From the UHGV virus genome UHGV-1355725: DNA of 44,514 nt; one strand, 5' to 3'. Position numbers and translations under genes: made by a program. This document shows positions 35,292-43,368 of the stretch, in pieces. Origin of the DNA: a virus. Every line of letters begins with the position of its first letter. Within the stretch, counting starts at the first letter, position 1. The notes beneath the pieces were generated by a model. That model searched no databases, was not told where the DNA came from, and was given only the letters and a program-made list of their open reading frames with translations.

Positions 35292-36541
35292 TGATTCTTA
35301 AAGAACGTGGTGGCAACAACGATGTACACGCCTTACTGTCGCCGTCTGGCGCTAAAAAGTGGCTAAGCTGTGCGGCGTCACTGGCCTGTGAAAAAGATAT
35401 TCCTAACACGTCCGGTAAAGCTGCGGTATTGGGCACCGCTATGCACACCATAGCGGAGATGCACCTTAACCAGTACATAAAAGGTACTGCGTTACCGTTA
35501 GAGCGTGAAGTCGGTGCTTACGTGCTGGACGAGGGTAAAGGCCAGATTAAGGCGCTAATTAGCCCGATGAAAGGCGCGGTACTGATTACGGCTGACATGA
35601 TTGAGCAGGTGCGCAAGTACACCGACTACTGCAAAGCTGTTATCGATGTAGCGACTTACGCCAAACTCGAGATGCGTGTCAATCTTACTGAGGTATTGCA
35701 TCCAGGGTATGAGGGCGTTGAGACGTTCGGAACCGCTGACCTTGTTGCAGTTCAGGAACTGGCTAACACCGACGAACACATGCTCATTATTGGCGACCTG
35801 AAAACAGGACGACATCGTGTCGAAGCGAAAGAAAACAAACAGCTTATGCTATACGCTCTCGGTGTTTATCGCCGCCTCAAGAGACGCTATAACATCACCC
35901 TTGTTCGTCTGGTTATCTTCCAGCCGTACGCCGAGGGCGCGTCGGAGTGGGACATCTCGGTTGAAGGTCTGGAGCTGTTCGCTAAGTTCGCACAGAAACG
36001 TGCACTGTTAGCGCTTGATGCCTATTCCCGCGGCAAGAAGAACCTGAAAGCGTCTGACTTCAAGCCGTCTGTCGATGGTTGTCAGTGGTGCCGGTTCTCT
36101 GAACAATGCACCGCGCGTACAAAAACCGTTAACTCTGTACTGGCGGAAGAACTGGAGGACGACTTTGCACTGGAACTTACGCCAGAGCAACTCGTAGCTG
36201 AGTATGAGAAGTTGCCGTTGCTGCTCCAGCATATCGACAAGGTCGAGAAAGCTATGGCGGCCGCGTTGCATTCCGGTAAGAAAGTTCCGGGGTACAAGTT
36301 GGTTGAAGGCCGTCCTGGTAATCGTGCGTGGAAAGACGCCGATGCGATTGAAGTGTCACACGGCGACATTCTGAAAAAAGAGGTATTGATGTCCCCTACG
36401 GAGGCAGCAAAAGTTCTTTCGGCGGATGAGATGGCAGCGCTTGAGCCGTTTATTACCCGTAAGCCAGGAGCGCCATGTGTCGCAACGGCGGACGACAAAC
36501 GGCCTGAGTGGCATAAGGTTAGCGAAGAAGATTTAGAATAA
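35291..36541 (+). CDS. PD-(D/E)xK exonuclease, Cas4/RecB-like with Fe-S cysteines
   Basis: 416 aa; motifs GTADLVAV, IIGDLKTG, QLMLYALG; cysteine cluster CAASLAC ... CQWCRFSEQC. Confidence 0.7.
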   Translation: MILKERGGNNDVHALLSPSGAKKWLSCAASLACEKDIPNTSGKAAVLGTAMHTIAEMHLNQYIKGTALPLEREVGAYVLDEGKGQIKALISPMKGAVLITADMIEQVRKYTDYCKAVIDVATYAKLEMRVNLTEVLHPGYEGVETFGTADLVAVQELANTDEHMLIIGDLKTGRHRVEAKENKQLMLYALGVYRRLKRRYNITLVRLVIFQPYAEGASEWDISVEGLELFAKFAQKRALLALDAYSRGKKNLKASDFKPSVDGCQWCRFSEQCTARTKTVNSVLAEELEDDFALELTPEQLVAEYEKLPLLLQHIDKVEKAMAAALHSGKKVPGYKLVEGRPGNRAWKDADAIEVSHGDILKKEVLMSPTEAAKVLSADEMAALEPFITRKPGAPCVATADDKRPEWHKVSEEDLE

Positions 36542-36545
36542 AGTG

Positions 36546-36574
36546 TTGACACCTGAATAGTTAGCTATTATAGT
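36546..36574 (+). promoter_or_regulatory. class-2 promoter with embedded inverted-repeat operator
   Basis: TTGACA (36546-36551), 17-bp spacer, TATAGT (36569-36574); inverted repeat AATAG-TTAG-CTATT 36556-36569, identical core to the copy at 34004. Confidence 0.55.
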
Positions 36575-36628
36575 TCTAATCACTGGCCGGGCAGCTTCCC
36601 GGAGTAAACTGAAAAGCGAGAAACTAAG

Positions 36629-37255
36629 ATGGGTATTAAACTGAATCTGCGTAAAGTAAACACTGCATGGGTTAACGTATTCGAACGCGAAAAAGACCGT
36701 GAAAACGATGATGGCTCAATCACTAAAGGCCAGTACAGCGCGACTATCATCCTGCCGTCTGACCATGCTCAAATCGACGCGCTCTACGATACCGTTTACG
36801 CTGTAGTTGAAGAAGCGTTGGGCGCAGCCGCCGCCGAGAAGTGGATGAAGTCCAACTACGGCGAAGGTAAGCACATGGATAAATGCGCTATTAAAGACAT
36901 CGCCGAACGCGACAATCCTTTTGAAGACTTCCCGGAAGGCTTTTACTTCAAAGCGAAGGCACAGAAACAGCCACTGATTGTAACCTCTAAAAAAGGTGAG
37001 ACTCAGGTAGAGCAGGACTTCAACGTAGACGGAGAACAGATTGAAGGTGAACAGGTTTACAGTGGCTGCGTCGCTAACGTAAGCGTCGAAATCTGGTTCA
37101 GCCAGAAATATAAAGTTCTCGGTGTTAACCTGCTGGCGATTAAATACGTTGGTGAGGGTAAAGCGTTCGGTGGTTCTAAAGTCGCTGCAAGTGTCAATGA
37201 CCTGGAAGACGACGAAGAAGATGAAGCACCGCGCCGCGAACGTCGCCGCCGTTAA
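36629..37255 (+). CDS. ssDNA-binding protein (T7 gp2.5-like)
   Basis: 208 aa; overall resemblance to gp2.5-type SSB with acidic C-terminal region DLEDDEEDE; sits between exonuclease and polymerase. Confidence 0.5.
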   Translation: MGIKLNLRKVNTAWVNVFEREKDRENDDGSITKGQYSATIILPSDHAQIDALYDTVYAVVEEALGAAAAEKWMKSNYGEGKHMDKCAIKDIAERDNPFEDFPEGFYFKAKAQKQPLIVTSKKGETQVEQDFNVDGEQIEGEQVYSGCVANVSVEIWFSQKYKVLGVNLLAIKYVGEGKAFGGSKVAASVNDLEDDEEDEAPRRERRRR

Positions 37256-37272
37256 TATCTGAATCAATTTAA

Positions 37273-37298
37273 CTAAGGCCCTTCATTGGGCCTTTTTA
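37273..37298 (+). terminator. rho-independent terminator
   Basis: Hairpin AAGGCCC-ttcatt-GGGCCTT followed by TTTT. Confidence 0.5.
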
Positions 37299-37466
37299 CT
37301 AAGGGTCGAAAATCATGTTTTTCTGTAAGCACGTATACCGATATATGAAACCGCTTCCGTGGTACGCGGATGAGTACCGCGCCGGGTACAGGCATGTGTG
37401 GATTTGCCGTGATTGTATGAAAATAAGACTCAGCGAAACGAAGGCAATGGATTTAAGGAAAAAGAA

Positions 37467-40400
37467 ATGAGCTACTTATACCTGGACTTTGAAACATTCT
37501 CCGAAGCCGATTTAAAGAAAGTCGGCTCCTACGCTTACGCCGAACACCCGTCAACCGAAGTTCTTATCTGTACATACGCTTTTGACGACGAGCCTGTACA
37601 GGTATGGGACTGCACAGACGGCAGCGACATGCCTGGGGATTTGCACCGCGCACTACGCCGTCTGGTGAAACCAAACAGCCGCATTAAGATGGTGTGGCAT
37701 AACGGCTCAATGTTCGATCGCCTCATCATGAAACACTGCTGGGGCTTTGATATTCCGGTAAGTAACACCATTGATACGATGATTTGGGCGTTTCGTCACG
37801 CGCTGCCGGGTTCACTTGACGCATTGTGTGAAGTGCTGGGCGTGTCCGCAGATAACGCGAAAGACAAACGTGGCAAGGCGCTGATTCAGCGTTTCTCTAA
37901 ACCTACACCGAAGAACTACAAAATCCGCCGCTACACCGCCGAAACACACCCGGACGAGTGGGCGCTGTTCATCAAGTACGCCGTGAGTGACATCACTGCG
38001 ATGCGCGAAGTATTCCATAAGCTGCCTCGTTGGGGTAACTCAGAGTTTGAAGACCGTGTACTGGAACTGGACCAGTTAATTAACGACCGCGGGTTTAAGG
38101 TTGACGTCGCACTGGCGGAAGCCGCGATCGAAGCCGTGGAGAAGCACAAGACACAGTTACAGGAAGAAGCCCAACGCAAATACGGCGGCTCGCTTACTGG
38201 TAAAGACTTCCTCCCTATTCTGCGTGAACTCGCCCCAGCGCACCGCATCCACAATGCGCAGAAGTCTACGCTGAATGACCTGCTGGCAGACGACGATTTA
38301 CCGGACGACGCCCGCGCGATTATAGAAATGCGCCTCGGGGCCGCGTCCACCGCGTCAACGAAATATAACCCATTGCTATTAGGCCGCTCATCGGACGACC
38401 GTCGCCGCGGTTGTTTACAGTACGGCGGGGCAAAACGTACCCTGCGATGGGCGGGTAAAGGCTTCCAGCCGCAGAACCTGGCGCGCGGTTACTATCACGA
38501 TGATGAACTGGATAAAGGCATTTCTGCGCTACTTAAGGGCCGTGCGCATCGCCGTTTTGATGTAGCCAAGCTAACGGCATCGACGGTGCGTAGCTGCATC
38601 ATACCGGAAGCCGGATATAAGTTTGTCGTCGCCGATTACTCTAACGTTGAAGGCCGCGGGCTTGCGTGGCTGGCGGGCGAAGAAACCGCGCTTGATACGT
38701 TCCGCGCCGGACTGGATATTTACTGTGTAACCGCAGGTAAGATGTTCGGCATGGACCCCGACGATATTAAGAAAGAACGTAAAGACTTGCGCCAGATTGG
38801 TAAAGCGTGCCTTCACCGTCATACCCTAGTTTTGACCGATGGCGGATTTAAGGATATTATGGCGGTTACATCAACAGATAAAGTATGGAGCGGTGAAAAA
38901 TGGGTGAATACAAAAGGCGCGCACCTTATGGGGTGGAAACCGGTAATAAATGTGGACGGGGTGCTAATGACCGAAGACCACAAAATCTTGGCGCATTCCT
39001 GGAAGCAGGCAAAGCAACTCGCTTCAAACAGATATATGATGGGCCTCGCCCTGGAGAGAGGTATGGACGCCTGGTTATCCTGCGCGAGTTACCAAAACGA
39101 CAAGGCCAAAGACAACTACTCGTCCAATGTGATTGCGGAGAGATGCCGTGGCGGGTCTATTACGACAATGTCAGAGCGGGTAAAACCACTCAATGCAACC
39201 GCTGCGCCCTTGAAGCAACAAAAAAATATCGTAAACAGTATTTCTGCTACGAAGACGCAATGCCGGATGATGCGCACAGAACAAGATTACTCAACCGGCT
39301 GTCCGCGGCGATCACGCGAACAACAAGCCCCAGGAATAAGGGTTATAAAAACTATGGTGCCAGGGGCATCACGGTATTCGACCAGTGGAGGACTGATAAA
39401 AGGTCGTTTCTTGGATATGTTCAAACTCTGGAAGGCTGGGACGACCCAAACCTCGAAATGGATAGAATCGACACAGACGGTAACTACGAACCTGGAAACA
39501 TTCGGTTTGTCAGCCGTTCTGAAAACTGCCGAAACAGACGGCAAATACCCGAGCTTCAACGAAAGTATGATGCAGCCGTTGCCCGCATTGCTGAACTTGA
39601 ACGGGAAATTAGCCTATTGCGAGCCGGTGTACGACCTGATTGATGTGGAAGACGGCAACCGTTTTCTTATAGCCTCAGACTCTGGCTTTCTTGTGGCGCA
39701 TAACTGCGAGCTTGGCCTCGGCTATGAGGGGGGTGTCGGTGCTTTCGTTACGTTTGCTAAAAACTTAGGTCTTGACCTTATCGAGATGGCAAAAACAATG
39801 GACGGTACTTTCCCGGGCCACATATGGGCAGCTACCGCACGCGGTTATGAGTGGGCGCGTATCCAGGAAGCAAAGCGACCGCCGCAGCCCGGCGAAAAGG
39901 ACGACCGACCGTCGTATATTTTGGACAAGAAAGTGTGGCGCACATGCGACGCGATCAAGCGTATGTGGCGCGAGTCACACCCGGAAACAGTAGCGTTCTG
40001 GCGCGACCTTAAAGACGGAATTTTAGCCGCTGTGCGTAATCCAGGTCGTGAATTTTGGGCGGGGGCACACTTGCGCAGGAATGGGGAAAGGGCAATCCGC
40101 ATATGGCGTACTGTAGAATTTGATTCATCCGGTAGGAAGGTTCCTGGTTGGTGGTTATGCATGGAGTTGCCGTCAGGCCGCATCCTCTCGTATCCGGGAA
40201 TCGGCGTTAGTGTGACAAAGGAAACAGACGAAGACGGACGGGTAAACACGAATGTGCGAATCAAGTATCAGGGGGAAAACCAGTTAACCCGCCAATGGAC
40301 CACCCTGTACACACACGGCGGCAAGGCCTGCGAAAACATTGTTCAGGCGCTGTGCCGCGATTTACTTGCCTATGCGATGATTAACGTTGAGGGTGGTGGG

Positions 40401-40565
40401 TATCCCATCGTGCTTTCTGTACACGATGAATTGGTATGCGAAACTCCAGATACGCAGGAATACAACGTGGCTGAACTGGAAAAATTAATGTGCGCGTTGC
40501 CGGAATGGGCAGAAGGCTTCCCTCTTGTAGCGGAAGGTGCGGAGATGAAGCGTTATGCTAAGTAA
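37467..40565 (+). CDS. family A DNA polymerase with 3'-5' exonuclease domain, interrupted by an intein
   Basis: Exo motif YLDFETFS, motif A VVADYSNVEGRGLAWL, motif C VLSVHDELV; ATG 37467 with RBS AAGGAA; a 299-aa insertion splits motif B (RQIGKA / CELGLGYEGG). Confidence 0.85.
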   Translation: MSYLYLDFETFSEADLKKVGSYAYAEHPSTEVLICTYAFDDEPVQVWDCTDGSDMPGDLHRALRRLVKPNSRIKMVWHNGSMFDRLIMKHCWGFDIPVSNTIDTMIWAFRHALPGSLDALCEVLGVSADNAKDKRGKALIQRFSKPTPKNYKIRRYTAETHPDEWALFIKYAVSDITAMREVFHKLPRWGNSEFEDRVLELDQLINDRGFKVDVALAEAAIEAVEKHKTQLQEEAQRKYGGSLTGKDFLPILRELAPAHRIHNAQKSTLNDLLADDDLPDDARAIIEMRLGAASTASTKYNPLLLGRSSDDRRRGCLQYGGAKRTLRWAGKGFQPQNLARGYYHDDELDKGISALLKGRAHRRFDVAKLTASTVRSCIIPEAGYKFVVADYSNVEGRGLAWLAGEETALDTFRAGLDIYCVTAGKMFGMDPDDIKKERKDLRQIGKACLHRHTLVLTDGGFKDIMAVTSTDKVWSGEKWVNTKGAHLMGWKPVINVDGVLMTEDHKILAHSWKQAKQLASNRYMMGLALERGMDAWLSCASYQNDKAKDNYSSNVIAERCRGGSITTMSERVKPLNATAAPLKQQKNIVNSISATKTQCRMMRTEQDYSTGCPRRSREQQAPGIRVIKTMVPGASRYSTSGGLIKGRFLDMFKLWKAGTTQTSKWIESTQTVTTNLETFGLSAVLKTAETDGKYPSFNESMMQPLPALLNLNGKLAYCEPVYDLIDVEDGNRFLIASDSGFLVAHNCELGLGYEGGVGAFVTFAKNLGLDLIEMAKTMDGTFPGHIWAATARGYEWARIQEAKRPPQPGEKDDRPSYILDKKVWRTCDAIKRMWRESHPETVAFWRDLKDGILAAVRNPGREFWAGAHLRRNGERAIRIWRTVEFDSSGRKVPGWWLCMELPSGRILSYPGIGVSVTKETDEDGRVNTNVRIKYQGENQLTRQWTTLYTHGGKACENIVQALCRDLLAYAMINVEGGGYPIVLSVHDELVCETPDTQEYNVAELEKLMCALPEWAEGFPLVAEGAEMKRYAK
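38808..39704 (+). mobile_element. intein in the DNA polymerase
   Basis: Begins CLHRHTLVLTDGG, block-B-like GVLMTEDHKILAHSW, ends VYDLIDVEDGNRFLIASDSGFLVAHN followed by extein Cys; the central part of the host frame is open but compositionally non-protein-like. Confidence 0.65.
38900..39643 (+). CDS. HNH-family endonuclease encoded in an alternative frame inside the polymerase intein
   Basis: Codon phase offset by one nucleotide from the polymerase; motifs RYGRLVILREL, CDCGEMPWRVYYDNVRAGKTTQCNRC, YKNYGARGITV, IDTDGNYEPGNIRFVSRSENCRNR; ATG 38900 preceded by GGAG/GGTGA; exact start uncertain. Confidence 0.6.
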   Translation: MGEYKRRAPYGVETGNKCGRGANDRRPQNLGAFLEAGKATRFKQIYDGPRPGERYGRLVILRELPKRQGQRQLLVQCDCGEMPWRVYYDNVRAGKTTQCNRCALEATKKYRKQYFCYEDAMPDDAHRTRLLNRLSAAITRTTSPRNKGYKNYGARGITVFDQWRTDKRSFLGYVQTLEGWDDPNLEMDRIDTDGNYEPGNIRFVSRSENCRNRRQIPELQRKYDAAVARIAELEREISLLRAGVRPD

Positions 40566-40917
40566 ACTGATTATCGCGGTACTGGCGGGATTCGCCGCCG
40601 GGGTCTACTGTCACGAAGGCCAATACGGCATGATTGTCGCCGTATTAGGTATGTTCATCGCAATTTATCTGTGGGTGATGGAATGAAAATTTACTGGTTC
40701 TACGAAGAAGACTGCCGAATCTGTCCGCGCTGTGGTATTGAACATACGAAACGTGAGGGGTGCGTGTTATGACAATGTTTGCATTTTGGACGATAGTAAC
40801 CATGCTCGCACTGTTACTCGGCGCGGGAATAGCCGCGATGTTCTGTTATGGCCTGTTCTTTAAGTTTGTCGGTGTTGCCGTTCTAGGAGGGGCTTTCCTT
40901 ACTTGGGTTCTGCGTTC

Positions 40918-41202
40918 ATGACCCCGGAAGGCAAAATACAGAAATACGCAAAAGAGCGATTCGAGGCCCTTGGGGGCCTCGTACGCAAATTGTCGTACGA
41001 AAATAGAGCAGGAGCGCCCGACCTGCTGGTAATTCTCCCCCGCGGCATCGTCTGGTTCGTCGAGGTTAAGAAAGACGAAAATACGAAGCCTGACCCGCAC
41101 CAGCTACGGGAACACGAGCGGATGCGTAAACGTGGTGCGAATGTTTTTGTCGTTGGTTCGTTTAAACAGGTTGACGACCTAATAGCGAGCTATTATAGTT
41201 AA
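40918..41202 (+). CDS. VRR-NUC domain nuclease
   Basis: Motif GAPDLLVILPRGIVWFVEVKKDEN...QLREHE typical of VRR-NUC. Confidence 0.6.
   Translation: MTPEGKIQKYAKERFEALGGLVRKLSYENRAGAPDLLVILPRGIVWFVEVKKDENTKPDPHQLREHERMRKRGANVFVVGSFKQVDDLIASYYS
41171..41199 (+). promoter_or_regulatory. class-2 promoter with embedded inverted-repeat operator
   Basis: TTGACG (41171-41176), 17-bp spacer, TATAGT (41194-41199); inverted repeat AATAG-CGAG-CTATT 41181-41194; lies within the 3' end of the VRR-NUC gene. Confidence 0.5.
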
Positions 41203-41232
41203 TCACACACCAACAATATAAGGAATTGAGAA

Positions 41233-41391
41233 ATGAAACCAGCGAAGTATGCCGAAAAAGTTTTCGCCTTTGTGGGCGGTGACATGAAAAAGTTTATGGA
41301 TGTTCTTATAAAAGAAATGGGTAAGCCGTTCCACGTCGCAGAACGTCAATATTATGCCTGCAAGGCCAACACATACAATAGATACGCTTAA
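41233..41391 (+). CDS. small hypothetical protein
   Basis: 52-aa ORF directly downstream of the class-2 promoter. Confidence 0.3.
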   Translation: MKPAKYAEKVFAFVGGDMKKFMDVLIKEMGKPFHVAERQYYACKANTYNRYA

Positions 41392-41408
41392 CTATAGGGA
41401 ATTGAAGA

Positions 41409-41600
41409 ATGAAACACGAATATGACCGCAAACCAGCACGTGACATTGTACCGGGCGACATGATTTTCAACGTTAGGACCCGCCGCCCTGTTGCCGTTGA
41501 TACGGTGTTCGTCGAGTCGAACGGTAAACTGGTTATCGAAGACGTAACAGGAAACGTTACCGCGTTTGGGCGGAAGGAACTGGTACTGGTGGCGAAATGA
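41409..41600 (+). CDS. hypothetical protein
   Basis: 63-aa ORF; stop overlaps the helicase ATG. Confidence 0.4.
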   Translation: MKHEYDRKPARDIVPGDMIFNVRTRRPVAVDTVFVESNGKLVIEDVTGNVTAFGRKELVLVAK

Positions 41601-43021
41601 GTAAGTTTCAGAGGCGCGAATACCAGAAGCTCATGACTTCGTTCATGTTGCAACATCCGCGCTGTAATATTTGGGCTTCGATGGGCAGCGGCAAGTCGGG
41701 GTCAACGTTGTGGGTCCTCAACCGACTGTTCCGTAATGGGCAACTTAATGACGACGACCGAGTGTTAATTCTGGCCCCTTTACGTGTTGCGTCAGGTACG
41801 TGGCCAGCGGAACAGGCACGTTGGAACTTCCCATGCCTGAATGTCGTCGATGCGACAGGTTCAGAGAAGCGCCGCATCGCGGCGCTGGAGTCAGACGCTA
41901 ATGTGGTGTGCACCAACTACGAAGTTATCGAGTGGCTCATTGACTACTACGGCAAAGACGACTGGCCTTTCACGGTTATCGTTGCCGATGAAAGCACGAA
42001 GCTGAAATCATTCCGCAGCCGTTCGGGCGGAAGCAAAAGGGCGAAGGCACTTAGTAAAGTGGCGTTCGGTAAGGTTAAGCGTTTCATCAACCTGACCGGT
42101 ACGCCGTCGCCGAACGGACTAAAAGACTTATGGGGGCAGAACTGGTTTATCGACGCTGGCGAGCGCCTGGGGTCGTCGTACACGGCATTCACAGACCGCT
42201 GGTTTAACTCTGTGCAGAAAGGTAAGTCGGCGATGGCACGGGAGTACCACGCCCGCCCTGGTGCGGATAATGAAATTCACCAGAAGATGAAGGACATTAG
42301 TCTCACGATTGACGCCGCCGAGTGGTTCGGATGTGAAGCGCCGATTATTGTACCGGTTGAAATCGACCTGCCGAAGAAAGCGCGTCAGGTGTACATTGAT
42401 ATGGAGGAGAAGTTATTCGCTGAACTGGAAAGCGGGGAAGTTGAAGCGGCTAACGCGGCGGCGAAGACGTCGAAGTGTTTGCAGATTGCTTCCGGTGCCG
42501 TGTATGTATCGGGGCCAGACGGCGAAGCAACCAAAGACTGGGAGAAAGTGCATGACACGAAGCTGGACGCGATCGAGTCGATTGTGGAGGAGTTGCAGGG
42601 TGCGCCGTTGCTTGTGGCTTATCAGTTCAAGCACGAACTGGAGCGCATCCTTAAGCGATTCCCGCAGGCACAGGCGTTTGCCAAAGGCGCTAAGGGTAAT
42701 AAGCAGATGGAAGCGTGGAACCGCGGGGAAATCGATATTTTATGCGTGCATCCAGCGTCAGCCGGTCACGGCCTCAATTTACAGGACGGCGGGCATCATC
42801 TGGCATTCATCTCGCAAGGCTGGAACCTTGAGCACTATTTGCAGGTTGTCGAGCGTATAGGTCCGGTCCGCCAGAAACAGGCAGGCCACGAGCGCCCGGT
42901 GTTCCTCTACCACATCGTGGCTAAAGACACGCTGGACGAGGTTGTTGCCGCGCGTACGGACGAGAAGAAATCGGTGCAGGAAGAATTGCTTAATTATATG
43001 AAGAGACGAGGTAAGAAATGA
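41597..43021 (+). CDS. SNF2/DEAD-like superfamily 2 helicase
   Basis: 474 aa; motif I GSGKSGSTL, motif II VIVADESTKLK, C-terminal helicase motifs HPASAGHGLNLQ and QVVERIGPVRQ. Confidence 0.8.
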   Translation: MSKFQRREYQKLMTSFMLQHPRCNIWASMGSGKSGSTLWVLNRLFRNGQLNDDDRVLILAPLRVASGTWPAEQARWNFPCLNVVDATGSEKRRIAALESDANVVCTNYEVIEWLIDYYGKDDWPFTVIVADESTKLKSFRSRSGGSKRAKALSKVAFGKVKRFINLTGTPSPNGLKDLWGQNWFIDAGERLGSSYTAFTDRWFNSVQKGKSAMAREYHARPGADNEIHQKMKDISLTIDAAEWFGCEAPIIVPVEIDLPKKARQVYIDMEEKLFAELESGEVEAANAAAKTSKCLQIASGAVYVSGPDGEATKDWEKVHDTKLDAIESIVEELQGAPLLVAYQFKHELERILKRFPQAQAFAKGAKGNKQMEAWNRGEIDILCVHPASAGHGLNLQDGGHHLAFISQGWNLEHYLQVVERIGPVRQKQAGHERPVFLYHIVAKDTLDEVVAARTDEKKSVQEELLNYMKRRGKK

Positions 43022-43203
43022 AACTTAATGTTGGCGATGAAATATACAGCGTACATTCATTCAATATTTTCACCATAGAGTACATATCAAGAGACGGCAA
43101 CAGCTTTGTTTTGGTAAGCTCGGACGGTAAATACGAAAAATCACGGTGCTACACGCTGCCAGATATAAAGCGCAGTTTCAAGAAAAGCGAAGGTAAGAAA
43201 TGA
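43018..43203 (+). CDS. hypothetical protein
   Basis: 61-aa ORF overlapping the helicase stop. Confidence 0.4.
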   Translation: MKLNVGDEIYSVHSFNIFTIEYISRDGNSFVLVSSDGKYEKSRCYTLPDIKRSFKKSEGKK

Positions 43204-43337
43204 ACATCATAGCCCCGATTCCAGCATTGCAAAAACGTATCAAGGAACTCGAAGAAGAGGTTCTGCGACTACGGCAACAGAGAGACGCCGCTAATGCGCA
43301 ACTGGCATTTGTACTGGAGAAGTTATCAGAAGAGTAG
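43200..43337 (+). CDS. small coiled-coil protein
   Basis: 45-aa ORF (LQKRIKELEEEVLRLRQQRD). Confidence 0.3.
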   Translation: MNIIAPIPALQKRIKELEEEVLRLRQQRDAANAQLAFVLEKLSEE

Positions 43338-43339
43338 AG

Positions 43340-43368
43340 AAAAGGCCCCGTTTGGGGCCTTAGTTTTA
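43340..43368. terminator. bidirectional rho-independent terminator
   Basis: Hairpin AGGCCCC-gttt-GGGGCCT with flanking A/T runs; between the plus replication module and the minus tailspike gene. Confidence 0.6.

Noticed and set aside
38808-39704. Group I intron with a free-standing endonuclease gene as the explanation for the polymerase insertion
   Set aside because: The host frame stays open through the whole insertion and shows intein N- and C-terminal blocks with the expected Cys and His-Asn-Cys junctions, which an intron would not require.
42309-42860. 183-aa Arg-rich ORF in an alternative frame of the helicase gene
   Set aside because: Extreme Arg/Ser/Cys composition typical of out-of-frame translation; no start context; unlike the polymerase-intein case there is no recognisable domain.
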